Origin: Octopus bimaculoides
Taxonomy: Eukaryota
Assembly: GCF_001194135.2 (NCBI RefSeq)
Contig: NC_069002.1
Coordinates: 16,285,199 to 16,319,457 of the forward strand
Length of the DNA: 34,259 bases
Reading direction: 5' to 3'
Part shown: positions 33,423-34,259 of the stretch, one piece after another
Position numbering within the stretch: the first letter of the stretch is position 1
Layout: the number at the start of each line of letters is the position of its first letter
The notes under the pieces: model-generated
Told to the model about the DNA's origin: nothing
The model's database searches: none
What the model saw: only the letters and a program-made list of their open reading frames with translations
Made by a program: the position numbers and the translations under genes

Positions 33423-33620
33423 ATTCACTGACAACAAATACAAGACCCCAGTACTAGACAGATTCCACTAAGTGGACACATAGACGTATGTGCAAGAAAT
33501 AAGTCCCCCAAATTCCAGATCTTCCACTCTACCTTTGTTCAGTGAATACCACAGATGAAGCAATGATAAACAAAGAAAATACATTCATCCAAAAACCAAA
33601 TCAAGAACAAGCAGAGTACA
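33423..33620 (+). mobile_element. Penelope-like element, C-terminal part of the GIY-YIG endonuclease
   Basis: IH*QQIQDPSTRQIPLSGHIDVCARNKSPKFQIF, then after a frameshift YLCSVNTTDEAMINKENTFIQK. This resembles the PLE motif H.QQI.DP..RQ.P.S.H...C....F.IFPFY........E..FI.K. Confidence 0.6.
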
Positions 33621-34259
33621 TACACAAATAACTATTCACACACAAAATTCATTCTTCCACTTAACATGAGGAACCTACACAGCTAACAGCCTAAACTTTA
33701 GCCACTGGCCTACACACAAACGACTCCCGTCCACTCTCCCATTTGGCAAATTAAATTTAGAGTGCCTTCACTGTAACTAGATATGTTGACTCAACCATGT
33801 TGGCTTTCAGCACAAAATATACTGTCACATGACACTAATGCACAGATGTAGATGGAAAAGTTCAAAGGGTTCTGAAATTACTCATGTAATCATTCTCTAC
33901 AACACTTGACAGAAAACATTCAGAGCATTGATTGTTTGGTACAGTCACTAGACATGTTCACTCAGTCGTGTCAGCCTTAACTTATAAAATCAAGTATTGT
34001 CACTTGACATTAACAAAAGGCCATAGTGGGGAACCTACAAAAATTTCTAAAGCCAGTCATCTGACTATCCTCTAGCAGTCAAGTCCTATCCAAGACATAT
34101 ACTAATTTGAGCCAAACTCCCTATAAAAATAGAACAAGCTTCAAATACTAGTCAGAAGCGAGACAGTTGCAATGTAACTATGTCTTTCTATCTGAACTTT
34201 TGAAAATTAGTGTATACAGTGAAATCAGTTAAATCATTAAATATATATATATATATATA

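Overview
Eukaryotic (animal) genomic DNA: AT-rich, packed with microsatellites, and interrupted by eight assembly gaps. The SINE/LINE sequences resemble those I associate with octopus (coleoid cephalopod) genomes; this taxon call is an inference. One host gene is present on the + strand: five coding exons of an SLC17 (sialin/VGLUT/NPT-type) MFS anion transporter at 2824-3074, 11577-11810, 26208-26295, 30302-30397 and 32421-32557. They splice in frame through canonical AG/GT sites into about 268 aa covering roughly TM1-TM6. The first coding exon and the C-terminal half lie outside the window. The introns (8.5, 14.4, 4.0, 2.0 and >1.7 kb) hold decayed transposable elements: four tRNA-type SINE families, RTE, CR1/L2-like and Penelope-like retroelement pieces, a roughly 1.2 kb internally deleted Helitron, a DD37D (maT-type) fragment, a decayed DD35D pogo-like element with TA-flanked ends, and small MITE-like hairpins. 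The most interesting observations are: (1) one RTE element apparently split into two oppositely oriented halves, with a perfect 24-bp palindrome at the breakpoint and an in-frame loss of the RT core; (2) both TM4 glutamates used for proton coupling in sialin/VGLUT are missing from the transporter; (3) inverted repeat pairs lie just upstream of exons and could be ADAR substrates; (4) a 107-bp-arm fold-back element. No prokaryotic features, CRISPR arrays, rRNA or true tRNA genes were found. Almost all other ORFs in the track are microsatellite, gap or TE artefacts. I see no evidence for an entirely new biological system; the findings are mostly unusual rearrangements of known element types.
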